Shown piece by piece: positions 8,572 to 16,654 of a DNA stretch of 54,888 nucleotides. Each line of letters opens with the position of its first letter. The stretch's first letter is position 1. A program made the translations under genes and the position numbers. The notes beneath the pieces are model-generated. The model saw only the letters and a program-made list of their open reading frames with translations. It ran no database searches and was not told where the DNA came from. The DNA is from a virus (lineage: Duplodnaviria > Caudoviricetes), in the IMG/VR virus record IMGVR_UViG_3300020472_000033, positions 1-54,888 of that record; one strand, given 5' to 3'.

Positions 8572-8660
8572 TGTACTTTGTGAAATTGATTCGTGATTTC
8601 ACGGCCTTTGTAGTCATACCGACTATATTGGTATTTTTAATGTTGGCTTACTTTGGATAG
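8571..8660 (+). CDS. 29-aa single-TM peptide
   Basis: MYFVKLIRDFTAFVVIPTILVFLMLAYFG; GGAGG RBS; TAATG overlap. Confidence 0.5.
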   Translation: MYFVKLIRDFTAFVVIPTILVFLMLAYFG

Positions 8661-8674
8661 GGGGTGAATATGTT

Positions 8675-8995
8675 ATGAACAAAAAATTAGATGCTCTTCT
8701 AGATACATTAGAAGAAGTCAAAAATCCTAAAGAAACAGTTTCAGTTATACATTCTGCATTTGATGAGAACTCTCACTTAGTTGCATTTGTAGATGTTGAT
8801 AAGTCTTGGACAGTGAATGAGAAACTTGAACACGCATTTAAAATGACCAACTCTATTGAAGATGCTTGGTGGAACAATGCTGGTGTTACCAAAATGTTTC
8901 CAGACAAGGGTTGTAGGTCTACTAGTGTTGGAGATCACGTTCTTGTTGGTGGATCTAAATATTTGTGTGGAATGAGTGGATGGAGTAAAATATGA
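8675..8995 (+). CDS. Hypothetical protein (RSTSVGD motif, YodL-like)
   Basis: LEHAFKMTNS...RSTSVGD...GW. Confidence 0.7.
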   Translation: MNKKLDALLDTLEEVKNPKETVSVIHSAFDENSHLVAFVDVDKSWTVNEKLEHAFKMTNSIEDAWWNNAGVTKMFPDKGCRSTSVGDHVLVGGSKYLCGMSGWSKI

Positions 8996-9258
8996 TATTT
9001 AAAGCTCTTTTAATTGTCACTACTTTAAGTGGTACTGAATACAGTACACCTATGAAGGATATGACAAGTTGTTTGGATGCTCGTGCTACTATTGCAACAC
9101 AAGATGTTGGTGCTGAAGCATTGTGTATTCCTGCTGTTAAACAAGACTCATCAGAAAAGATGAAATCTATGTTTAATATAATGATGAATTTTGTAAAGAA
9201 AATGCAAGAAATGGAGACAAAATATGAAGGAAAAGGACAGAATATCTCGCCTTATTGA
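8992..9258 (+). CDS. Small exported two-Cys protein
   Basis: Hydrophobic N-terminus, C-x17-C. Confidence 0.6.
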   Translation: MIFKALLIVTTLSGTEYSTPMKDMTSCLDARATIATQDVGAEALCIPAVKQDSSEKMKSMFNIMMNFVKKMQEMETKYEGKGQNISPY

Positions 9259-9361
9259 TAATGCCCATAAAGCCAAAGATACGGCTACTAGTTCTTGGGC
9301 TAAAAATTATTGGGATATTGTGATTGCCAATTTAGTTAGGTCAGCCAATAGGCTTATCTAA
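9224..9361 (+). CDS. 45-aa hypothetical protein MKEKDRISRLIDNA...WAKNYW
   Basis: Manual translation; GGAG RBS. Confidence 0.6.
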   Translation: MKEKDRISRLIDNAHKAKDTATSSWAKNYWDIVIANLVRSANRLI

Positions 9362-9379
9362 ACTAATAAATAAAATACA

Positions 9380-9694
9380 ATGATTGAAATCACAGATAAA
9401 GCAACAGAATATATGAAGTCTGTAACATCGCCAGGTGCCTATGTTACATTAGGTGTTAAAGGTGGTGGTTGTGCTGGCTTTCAATATATTTGGGGTTTAA
9501 CTACTGATGAGGGTATTGAACACGTTAAATGGTCTAAACCAATTAATGATGTATTAGTTCTAGACCCCCTTGCCGAAATGTATGTTTTTGGTTCAATAGT
9601 TGATTATATTACAGAGCTCGGTGGAAGTTATCTTGCACTAAAAAATCCACAGTCAACAAGTAGTTGTGGTTGTGGTGAGAGTTTTGGGATATAA
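9380..9694 (+). CDS. iscA: A-type Fe-S cluster carrier (IscA/HesB family)
   Basis: GVKGGGCAGFQY and NP...SCGCGESF. Confidence 0.93.
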   Translation: MIEITDKATEYMKSVTSPGAYVTLGVKGGGCAGFQYIWGLTTDEGIEHVKWSKPINDVLVLDPLAEMYVFGSIVDYITELGGSYLALKNPQSTSSCGCGESFGI

Positions 9695-9697
9695 TGT

Positions 9698-9910
9698 ATG
9701 CTGTGGTTGATAATTGTTGTACTCACCCAAATTGATCCCCAACAAGTAGATATAAAGACTGAATTGAAATTTACGGATAGAGATTCTTGTTACCAATTCG
9801 TATATCAAAATTATGACAGGCTTAATGGAGAAGTTAATAAGGAATATGACCAACATAAGTCAACTCCAAACCTTTTTTATTGCGCTAGTGTTAAGCGTGG
9901 TTCTCTCTAA
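9698..9910 (+). CDS. Small exported two-Cys protein
   Basis: Hydrophobic N-terminus, two Cys. Confidence 0.6.
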   Translation: MLWLIIVVLTQIDPQQVDIKTELKFTDRDSCYQFVYQNYDRLNGEVNKEYDQHKSTPNLFYCASVKRGSL

Positions 9911-10166
9911 CTGTACCTTTGTATCTTGGCCTGTGTCAGCATTAACTACAGCAGTAGATGTTGGATTAACTGTAGAAACTGGTAAGAGTACATCAGAACA
10001 CGTTGCATCTGTAGCAACTAAAATGGATTGTCAATGGAGTCGGTTGTTTAGTGATTGGAAAATATGCCTAACTCATGAAGAATATGTTGACAATTTAATG
10101 ATTATGAATTGTCAAATCTATTCGTGGGATTTCCTAAATAAGCCATATTGTAAGGAGAATGGATAA
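9846..10166 (+). CDS. Putative Cys-rich lipoprotein
   Basis: Signal peptide with LSNC lipobox-like motif; TGKSTSEH..S...MDC. Confidence 0.55.
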   Translation: MTNISQLQTFFIALVLSVVLSNCTFVSWPVSALTTAVDVGLTVETGKSTSEHVASVATKMDCQWSRLFSDWKICLTHEEYVDNLMIMNCQIYSWDFLNKPYCKENG

Positions 10167-11284
10167 TGCCTGCAAGGAAACATACCCAGTGGTTAGCTAA
10201 ACCTTCTGTAGATTACGTAGACTCACGCATTTATAGTGATTGGGATATTCACTATGAAGAACAGGAAAAGATTTTTAAGAAGGTTTGGATACCTATCTGT
10301 CATGAATCAGAATTGCCTAATCATCTAGACTTTCGTACCTCAAGTATTGCTGGTGAAAGAATCATTATGATTCGTGATACCGATAATGTTATTGCAATGA
10401 AGCATGATTTTACTGAAATGCCTCCATCTGGCGATTTACGTTTGGCTGGTGGATACGAACATTGGGATACTGAAAAACTTTATTGTGAAGTTAAGTATGG
10501 TGGCATGGTATGGGTAACACTTGACCCAAATCCTACAATGGATGTAGAACAGTGGGCTGCTGGTGCATTTGATTGTATTCAAGCTGCATTGGATACAGAA
10601 CCACTAGAGGTATTTCATTATCATAAGGGTATCATAGGAAGTAACTATAAACTATGGCATGATACGAATAGTGAATTTTATCATGATTTTATGCATTACT
10701 TTAATAGAGTCACAGGATTTAACGAGGAATATTTTGCACGTAAAAACACTGGATTTCCTAATGGTCACGTAAATGTAGGAAGTTTTGAGGTACAGTATGA
10801 TAAGTTTGACGGTGCAGATAGAGGAGCATTAAGTTTTCCTACACTACCACCTAATCAGTGGTACATGGTAGACCTATTTCCTGGCATGAATATAAATTTA
10901 CGTGGAAGTGCATTGCGTACAGATATTGTCACACCTCTTGCACCTAACAAAGTGATGATTGAGTTTCGTGGATTTGGTCTAAAGAAGGATACACCAGAAG
11001 AACGAGCAGAACGGATTAAACACCATAACACAATATGGGGCCCTTTTGGTCGCAATCTACATGAAGACTTGATTGGTATTGCTGGACAAGGTACTGCTAT
11101 GGCCCCTGGCACTGAATACCGTCACGTACTACACGGTAGAAAAGAAAACGATACGATCCACGATGAAGTGGGCATGAGGCATTACTATGAAGAATGGGGT
11201 ACTTGGATGGGCCGTGATCCATCTAATCCCATGAGAGAAAATGCCGTTTGGGAGAATAAAGAAGATGCACACGTACAGATGTAA
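10166..11284 (+). CDS. Ring-hydroxylating dioxygenase alpha-subunit homolog lacking Rieske ligands
   Basis: IYSD..EQEKIFKKVWIPICHESELP, NYKL..D...EFYHDFMH, EDL; no CxH/CxxH. Confidence 0.85.
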   Translation: MPARKHTQWLAKPSVDYVDSRIYSDWDIHYEEQEKIFKKVWIPICHESELPNHLDFRTSSIAGERIIMIRDTDNVIAMKHDFTEMPPSGDLRLAGGYEHWDTEKLYCEVKYGGMVWVTLDPNPTMDVEQWAAGAFDCIQAALDTEPLEVFHYHKGIIGSNYKLWHDTNSEFYHDFMHYFNRVTGFNEEYFARKNTGFPNGHVNVGSFEVQYDKFDGADRGALSFPTLPPNQWYMVDLFPGMNINLRGSALRTDIVTPLAPNKVMIEFRGFGLKKDTPEERAERIKHHNTIWGPFGRNLHEDLIGIAGQGTAMAPGTEYRHVLHGRKENDTIHDEVGMRHYYEEWGTWMGRDPSNPMRENAVWENKEDAHVQM

Positions 11285-11699
11285 AATTTTAAGAGTTGTA
11301 GATGGTGATACAGTTGATGTAGATATAGACCTTGGATTTGGGGTTTGGATGCATAAAGAAAGAGTCCGTATTCACGGCATAGATACACCAGAATCACGTA
11401 CCAGAGATTTAGAAGAAAAGAAATATGGGTTGGCTGCAAAGGCCTTTGTTAAGTCATATCTTCCCATTGGTTCAGCACAAACACTTTGTACAGAGAAGGA
11501 CAAAACAGGTAAGTTCGGCCGTATACTAGGCAAATTCCTTGTGTATGACGCAAAAACGGACAGCCAGATACACCTTGGTAATATAATGATACGAGAACAC
11601 CATGCTGTGCCTTATTCTGGACAATCAAAAGAAGAAATAGAAGAATTACACATAGAGAATAGAAAATTTGTAAATAGTGAATATTTAAAGGAGATATAG
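11265..11699 (+). CDS. Thermonuclease (SNase) family nuclease
   Basis: RVVDGDTVD..IDLGF, RVRIHGIDTPESRT, GKFGRILG. Confidence 0.9.
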   Translation: MHTYRCKILRVVDGDTVDVDIDLGFGVWMHKERVRIHGIDTPESRTRDLEEKKYGLAAKAFVKSYLPIGSAQTLCTEKDKTGKFGRILGKFLVYDAKTDSQIHLGNIMIREHHAVPYSGQSKEEIEELHIENRKFVNSEYLKEI

Positions 11700-11706
11700 A
11701 TAAAAA

Positions 11707-12732
11707 ATGATTATATGTGATGATGTTAAACTAGATTATTCTGACGTTTTAATTCGGCCCAAGAGGTCTACCATTACATCACGATTTGATGTAGATATGA
11801 ATAGAACCTACCAGTTTTATCATAGTAAAAAAGAATGGACAGGCATCCCTATTATGGCAAGTAATATGGATACTGTAGGCACATTTGAAATGCATACAGC
11901 ATTAAGTGAATATGATATGATAACTTGTATCGCAAGACACTATAATTTTGATATGGATAATTGGTGGAAGTTCCCCCACGATAAAATGGGCCTTATGAAC
12001 ACGTTATGTGTTATGGGTGGAATATCAAAAGAAGAACTAAAAGTAATTCCCCAAATTTATAACAATATTAGACCATCATTTATTGGACTTGATGTTGCCA
12101 ATGGATATACTATTAGCTTTGTAGATGCAGTAAAAGAGATGAGGGAAAAATGTCCAGATGCAACTATAGTTGCTGGTAATGTAGTTACTGCTGATATGAC
12201 TTCTGAATTAATACTTGCTGGTGCAGATATTGTCAAGGTAGGAGTAGGGCCTGGCTCTGTATGTACTACAAGAATTAAAACTGGAATAGGTTATCCACAG
12301 TTAAGTGCAGTAATAGAATGTGCTGATGCAGCTCATGGTTTAGGTGGCCATATCATTGCTGATGGTGGTTGCAATTCTTCTGGAGATATTGTTAAGGCAT
12401 TTGCTGGTGGTGCAGACTTTGTGATGATAGGTGGTATGCTAGCAGGCCATGATGAATGTGATGGAGAAGTTGTTGATGGTAAGATGGAATTTTATGGAAT
12501 GGCATCTGAATCTGCAATGGATAGGCATAATGTACCTCATAGGGAATACCGTGGGGTAGAAGGTAAAACTGTATCTGTTCCTTATCGTGGTGCTGTTAAG
12601 GATACTGTAATTGATATACTAAGTGGTATTCGGTCTGCTTGTACGTATGTTGGTGCAACAAAACTAAAATACCTATCAAAATGTACTACATTTGTGAGAG
12701 TTAATAGCACACATAATAGAGTATATGAATAA
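11707..12732 (+). CDS. guaC: GMP reductase
   Basis: [38 protein letters not shown]; no CBS domains. Confidence 0.92.
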   Translation: MIICDDVKLDYSDVLIRPKRSTITSRFDVDMNRTYQFYHSKKEWTGIPIMASNMDTVGTFEMHTALSEYDMITCIARHYNFDMDNWWKFPHDKMGLMNTLCVMGGISKEELKVIPQIYNNIRPSFIGLDVANGYTISFVDAVKEMREKCPDATIVAGNVVTADMTSELILAGADIVKVGVGPGSVCTTRIKTGIGYPQLSAVIECADAAHGLGGHIIADGGCNSSGDIVKAFAGGADFVMIGGMLAGHDECDGEVVDGKMEFYGMASESAMDRHNVPHREYRGVEGKTVSVPYRGAVKDTVIDILSGIRSACTYVGATKLKYLSKCTTFVRVNSTHNRVYE

Positions 12733-12917
12733 TGATGATGATACTTGTCACTCTATGGTTAAATGGTATAAGTATAACCTTAGATGCCAAGGCAATGTAT
12801 GGTGTTATTAATTTAGAACATTGTAATAATGAACTGTCGTATATAATAGAGGACTTTGGTGCTGAAAGGGGTGAATGTACTCTTGGGGATATATTGGAAC
12901 AAAACATAAAAATATAA
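12732..12917 (+). CDS. Small exported two-Cys protein
   Basis: Hydrophobic N-terminus, C-x17-C; TAATG coupling. Confidence 0.55.
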   Translation: MMMILVTLWLNGISITLDAKAMYGVINLEHCNNELSYIIEDFGAERGECTLGDILEQNIKI

Positions 12918-12924
12918 AAGAGAC

Positions 12925-12953
12925 TTGACTTTTCAGAGTCATCTTGATATTAT
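12925..12953 (+). promoter_or_regulatory. sigma70-type promoter
   Basis: TTGACT-17-TATTAT with TGn. Confidence 0.7.
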
Positions 12954-12980
12954 GGTAGTATTATTATAAAAGGAGTGAAT

Positions 12981-13097
12981 ATGAAAAAAACATTTGAAAA
13001 GAGATTCGGTGAAGGAACTGCATGGGATTTAGACTATGGCAAATTGCTAATGATTGGACTCTTAGTTTATATTGCCTTTTTCAAGGATTTTACATGA
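12981..13097 (+). CDS. 38-aa single-TM peptide MKKTFEKRFGEGTAWDLDYGK...
   Basis: Manual translation; AAGGAG RBS. Confidence 0.65.
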   Translation: MKKTFEKRFGEGTAWDLDYGKLLMIGLLVYIAFFKDFT

Positions 13098-13098
13098 A

Positions 13099-13350
13099 AT
13101 GTACACAATATATACAACGGAAAACTGTGTCTATTGTAAAGAATCAAAAAATTTATTGGTTGAACACAATAAAGAATATCTGGAAGTGAAATTGGATAAC
13201 CAAGAAAAAATAACTGATTTCAAAAAGAATACAGGTTTTACAACTGTTCCACAAATATATCATGCTTCTGGTGACCATATAGGTGGCCATGAACAATTAC
13301 GTGACCACTTGAATAGACTATATTCACCAGTGGCTGACCCTCTTGAATAG
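13099..13350 (+). CDS. Glutaredoxin (NrdC-like)
   Basis: CVYC active site, TVPQI, HIGG. Confidence 0.9.
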   Translation: MYTIYTTENCVYCKESKNLLVEHNKEYLEVKLDNQEKITDFKKNTGFTTVPQIYHASGDHIGGHEQLRDHLNRLYSPVADPLE

Positions 13351-13590
13351 ATGACGTATTCCACAGAAAGATTATTCCATTTTTCGTGCCAGACTTGCCG
13401 TAATTGGTGGAGTATAGCACATACAGATGAATGGAAACCAAAATCACTCTTCTGTCCACATTGTGGCCAAGTACACAAATATAATGTACTAGGTGAGCTG
13501 ACTAATCCAGAAGATTCTGCTGAACAGATGGGTAAACTAATATATGGTGCTGGCATAGGAGGCCAATTATTTGACGAAGAAATTGAATAG
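13351..13590 (+). CDS. Zinc-ribbon protein
   Basis: CQTC...CPHCG. Confidence 0.7.
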   Translation: MTYSTERLFHFSCQTCRNWWSIAHTDEWKPKSLFCPHCGQVHKYNVLGELTNPEDSAEQMGKLIYGAGIGGQLFDEEIE

Positions 13591-13855
13591 AACAAATAGT
13601 TGGGGGAAGAAAATGAATAGAGAACACTACCATACCTATTATGGTGATGATGAATATCAAAACAGATTAGCATTTGTATATAAAAATGGTTCTAATTTTG
13701 AGGTTGATTTATATGATGCTAATCAAGGTGAACGGACAACAGGTTTACCACCAGAAAAATTATATAAGACACTTGATTTAAGTGGACATTCAGAACAATA
13801 TGCTGAAGATGCTGCTGAGAATTGGGTGCTGGGTATTATAGAAAGGGAAGATTGA
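13571..13855 (+). CDS. Hypothetical protein (probable start 13613)
   Basis: HSEQYAEDAAENWVLG motif familiar from T4-like phages. Confidence 0.7.
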   Translation: MTKKLNRTNSWGKKMNREHYHTYYGDDEYQNRLAFVYKNGSNFEVDLYDANQGERTTGLPPEKLYKTLDLSGHSEQYAEDAAENWVLGIIERED

Positions 13856-14805
13856 AACGTATTTTGATAACAGGTGGCCTTGGCTTGATAGGTCACCAAC
13901 TATCCAGACAATTAGGAAAACTAGGTCATAAAGTAATAATTGTTGATACAAAAGAAACATATGGTGTAATACCACTAAATGAACTAGGGTATTTGATGAG
14001 TGAAAGAAGTAAATTGATTCCTCTAGATGCCGTAGTGTTGAATACAGATATATCAGACAGCCATTTAACAAATTTATTCAGTTTATATAAACCAGAAATA
14101 GTCATACATCTAGCAAGTTTTCCAAGACAAAAGGTTGTTAATGCCAATCCACAATTAGGTGCAAAAGTAATGATGCAAGGTATGCTGAACATACTGGAGG
14201 CATCAGTACAATATGGTGTTGAAAAAGTGGTATATACCAGCTCCAGTATGATATATGGTGATTGGAAAGGAACAATAAAAGAAGACCATCCCAAAAACCC
14301 CATTGGCCAGTATGCTATTATGAAATTATGTGGAGAATATCTATTACAGGATTATCATCGTAAATACAACTTGAATTACACCATTTATCGTCCAAGTGCT
14401 GTATATGGGCCTCTTGATGTTGAAGATAGAGTAATATCCAAATTTCTGTTACAGGCCATAAGAGGAAATGTACTCAAAGTCAACGGTAGAAAAGAAACAC
14501 TTGATTTCACCTATGTTGATGACTTGGTTGATGGACTAGTGGCAGGAGTATTATCTGATAGAACAAATAACCAGATATATAACATAACAAAGAGTCACAG
14601 TAAAACCCTACTAGAGGCCGCAAAACTTGCTGTTAAATTGGCAGGGAATGGCACTATAGAAATTGCTGAAAAGGATGAAGATTATCCAAGTAGAGGGGCT
14701 CTTGATATAACAAAGGCTAGATATGATTTCGGATTTAGACCCAAGATAGACATAGACGAAGGGTTTGAAATTTATTATAAATGGCTTAAGGAGAAATATA
14801 TATGA
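13852..14805 (+). CDS. NAD-dependent NDP-sugar epimerase/dehydratase (extended SDR), TTG start
   Basis: ILITGGLGLIG, YTSSS.IYG, YAIMK (YxxxK), DFTYVDD. Confidence 0.92.
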   Translation: MKRILITGGLGLIGHQLSRQLGKLGHKVIIVDTKETYGVIPLNELGYLMSERSKLIPLDAVVLNTDISDSHLTNLFSLYKPEIVIHLASFPRQKVVNANPQLGAKVMMQGMLNILEASVQYGVEKVVYTSSSMIYGDWKGTIKEDHPKNPIGQYAIMKLCGEYLLQDYHRKYNLNYTIYRPSAVYGPLDVEDRVISKFLLQAIRGNVLKVNGRKETLDFTYVDDLVDGLVAGVLSDRTNNQIYNITKSHSKTLLEAAKLAVKLAGNGTIEIAEKDEDYPSRGALDITKARYDFGFRPKIDIDEGFEIYYKWLKEKYI

Positions 14806-15119
14806 ACTGTTGGCACTGTAATACAGAGTTGATTTGGGGTGGTGACCAAGACCTAACATCCGAAGAAAATGAATATGAACCAGCCGAAGAATTTGATATG
14901 ATTACAAATCTATCTTGTCCAAAGTGTGAGTCATACGTAGAGGTATATCATAAATTTAGGCCAGGTGCCAAATACGTATATCATAAATTTAATCAAGATA
15001 TCAAGAATAAACATGAAAAACTTGATAATTTTGAAAAACTTGAAAAACGTATGAGTAAGATACGAGAACAACTAGATTTATATGAACGAGATAAATCAGA
15101 GAAATTTCGCCGATCATGA
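14802..15119 (+). CDS. Zinc-finger hypothetical protein
   Basis: MNCWHC..LIWGGD...LSCPKC. Confidence 0.75.
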   Translation: MNCWHCNTELIWGGDQDLTSEENEYEPAEEFDMITNLSCPKCESYVEVYHKFRPGAKYVYHKFNQDIKNKHEKLDNFEKLEKRMSKIREQLDLYERDKSEKFRRS

Positions 15120-15706
15120 ACACTATTACAATTCAAGACAATTTCATAGATGATAAACATTATGAAGAATTAACAAGCCTTCACATAGAATATAATAAGG
15201 TACATTGGATAGGAGCTCTGGCAAAACCTCAAAATGCACTACATAAACTAGTCTTGAAAACAAGGCCTGATATACCATCTGCCACAGACAAGTTGAAACC
15301 ACCATATTCATATACAGGTGCCACAGCTTGGTATAATATTCGTCCAATACATCCACAGTGGCATAATGATATTGATTCATATTGTACTAAGAACGGAATT
15401 ACGTATACACCACAAGACAAGCCACCATATACTTACCTATACTATGTAAAAGAACCAAGTAAAGGGGGTGAATTACAACTTGAAACAGGAGACTTGATAA
15501 TACCCAAGCTGAATAGACTTGTTTATTTTCCATGCTCTCTTATTCATAGGGTACGTATGTATACTGGAAACAGGGTATCAATAGGTATTATATGGTGGTT
15601 TGATATACCTTCCGAGCTATATGGAGTGCTAGGGGAGAAAGAAACCAAAGTACTTGATAGATTATGGGAAATAGAGGATGAGCGGAAGATCATTAAAAAG
15701 GGTTAA
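15116..15706 (+). CDS. 2OG-Fe(II) oxygenase
   Basis: WHND (HxD), GGEL, PKLNRLVYF, IHRV, RVS. Confidence 0.85.
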   Translation: MNTITIQDNFIDDKHYEELTSLHIEYNKVHWIGALAKPQNALHKLVLKTRPDIPSATDKLKPPYSYTGATAWYNIRPIHPQWHNDIDSYCTKNGITYTPQDKPPYTYLYYVKEPSKGGELQLETGDLIIPKLNRLVYFPCSLIHRVRMYTGNRVSIGIIWWFDIPSELYGVLGEKETKVLDRLWEIEDERKIIKKG

Positions 15707-15719
15707 AAAAACATATAGT

Positions 15720-15993
15720 TGTTGTGTTTAAAGTCCTCAGCCTCACAGGAAAATCTCAGGACATACAGGGAAATTATTAGGGGTACAGGTACGCATAGCA
15801 CCCCATAGCAGTCCATATACACACACTTGATACCATAGCACACCACTTGATACAGAGAGAGGCCCTGTGCCATGGCTACAGTACAGTGCCAGGGAGGGAT
15901 ACCGAAATCAATTTAGTGGCTTGAGTATCCTCATGCACTACAGTGTTATAAGCCAGCACACGGCCGGCCACTATCACGAATCACTCAGCTGAT
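15720..15993 (-). ncRNA. Candidate non-coding transcript (leftward)
   Basis: Perfect promoter upstream, no credible ORF, GC-rich with repeats; 3' end unknown. Confidence 0.4.
15794..15853 (+). repeat. Short iterated repeats
   Basis: CATAGCA at 15794, 15804, 15834; CACTTGATAC at 15824, 15844 (CACTTGATA again at 16185). Confidence 0.7.
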
Positions 15994-15999
15994 CTTATT

Positions 16000-16028
16000 A
16001 TTATACCATACTATCACCCCCTTGTCAA
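16000..16028 (-). promoter_or_regulatory. Perfect-consensus sigma70 promoter on minus strand
   Basis: Reverse complement reads TTGACA-17-TATAAT with TGn. Confidence 0.88.
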
Positions 16029-16061
16029 GCTAAATTAATTAAAAAAAATGTAATAAAGTGC

Positions 16062-16090
16062 TTGACATACCCTTGACTCTGTGGTACTAT
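16062..16090 (+). promoter_or_regulatory. sigma70 promoter, divergent from 16000-16028
   Basis: TTGACA-17-TACTAT with TGn; AT-rich spacer between the two promoters. Confidence 0.85.
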
Positions 16091-16096
16091 GTGTAT

Positions 16097-16313
16097 GCTG
16101 AGAGATTAAAGAACAGCTAAGAGAACTACTGGAGTCATATGACTAGGGTTGAGAGCCACTGCAAGTTCTCTCTTTGTATGTGGGCACTTGATATCTTGAA
16201 AAAGCCTTTATGTGGTGGGGGGTATAGGGGGGTGTCCAAATCCTTTAGTTAGGATCCACCAATCTATAAATGCAATAAGTATCCAGAGAAAAATACCCCT
16301 ACCCCCCTTTTTT
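16097..16313 (+). ncRNA. Candidate ~215-nt structured RNA / primer RNA
   Basis: AGAGAACT/AGTTCTCT stem, AGTCATATGACT palindrome, G6-TATA-G6 pairing with C4-TA-C6 then T6. Confidence 0.5.
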
Positions 16314-16315
16314 GC

Positions 16316-16344
16316 TTGACATGGGATCCCATCTGTGTTATAGT
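16316..16344 (+). promoter_or_regulatory. sigma70 promoter with palindromic spacer
   Basis: TTGACA-17-TATAGT; ATGGGATCCCAT palindrome at 16321-16332. Confidence 0.85.
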
Positions 16345-16367
16345 GTGATCATAATGGAGAGAAATTT

Positions 16368-16592
16368 ATGAAAATATTAAAAGATATTAAAGAGATTGTT
16401 TTTTCTGATGGGGATATGCCTGTATCAGAATTTGTTGTTATGGCATCTGCTGCTGGGTGGTATGTCGGTAAGGTCTGTAAGGATCCAGATTGTGGGGGAA
16501 TGGTTGTACCTTATGATAGGTATACAGGCTATTATGCTTCCTCAGAGGAAGCTTGTGAGGCCTTAGATAGTTTTTATTATGCAGATATGTAA
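16368..16592 (+). CDS. Hypothetical early protein
   Basis: SAAGWYVG...PYDRYTGYY motif; GGAGAG RBS. Confidence 0.8.
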   Translation: MKILKDIKEIVFSDGDMPVSEFVVMASAAGWYVGKVCKDPDCGGMVVPYDRYTGYYASSEEACEALDSFYYADM

Positions 16593-16619
16593 TTATTTTC
16601 AATAAAATGCATTTTTTGC

Positions 16620-16648
16620 TTGACAAATCCTTTTAGTTTTGGTATTAT
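16620..16648 (+). promoter_or_regulatory. sigma70 promoter
   Basis: TTGACA-17-TATTAT with TGn. Confidence 0.85.
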
Positions 16649-16654
16649 TAGTTA

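Noticed and set aside
11707-12732. IMP dehydrogenase guaB
   Set aside because: [15 protein letters not shown] and length fit GMP reductase better
15794-15853. Mini CRISPR array
   Set aside because: Repeats are only 7-10 bp with irregular short spacing; no cas genes in the window
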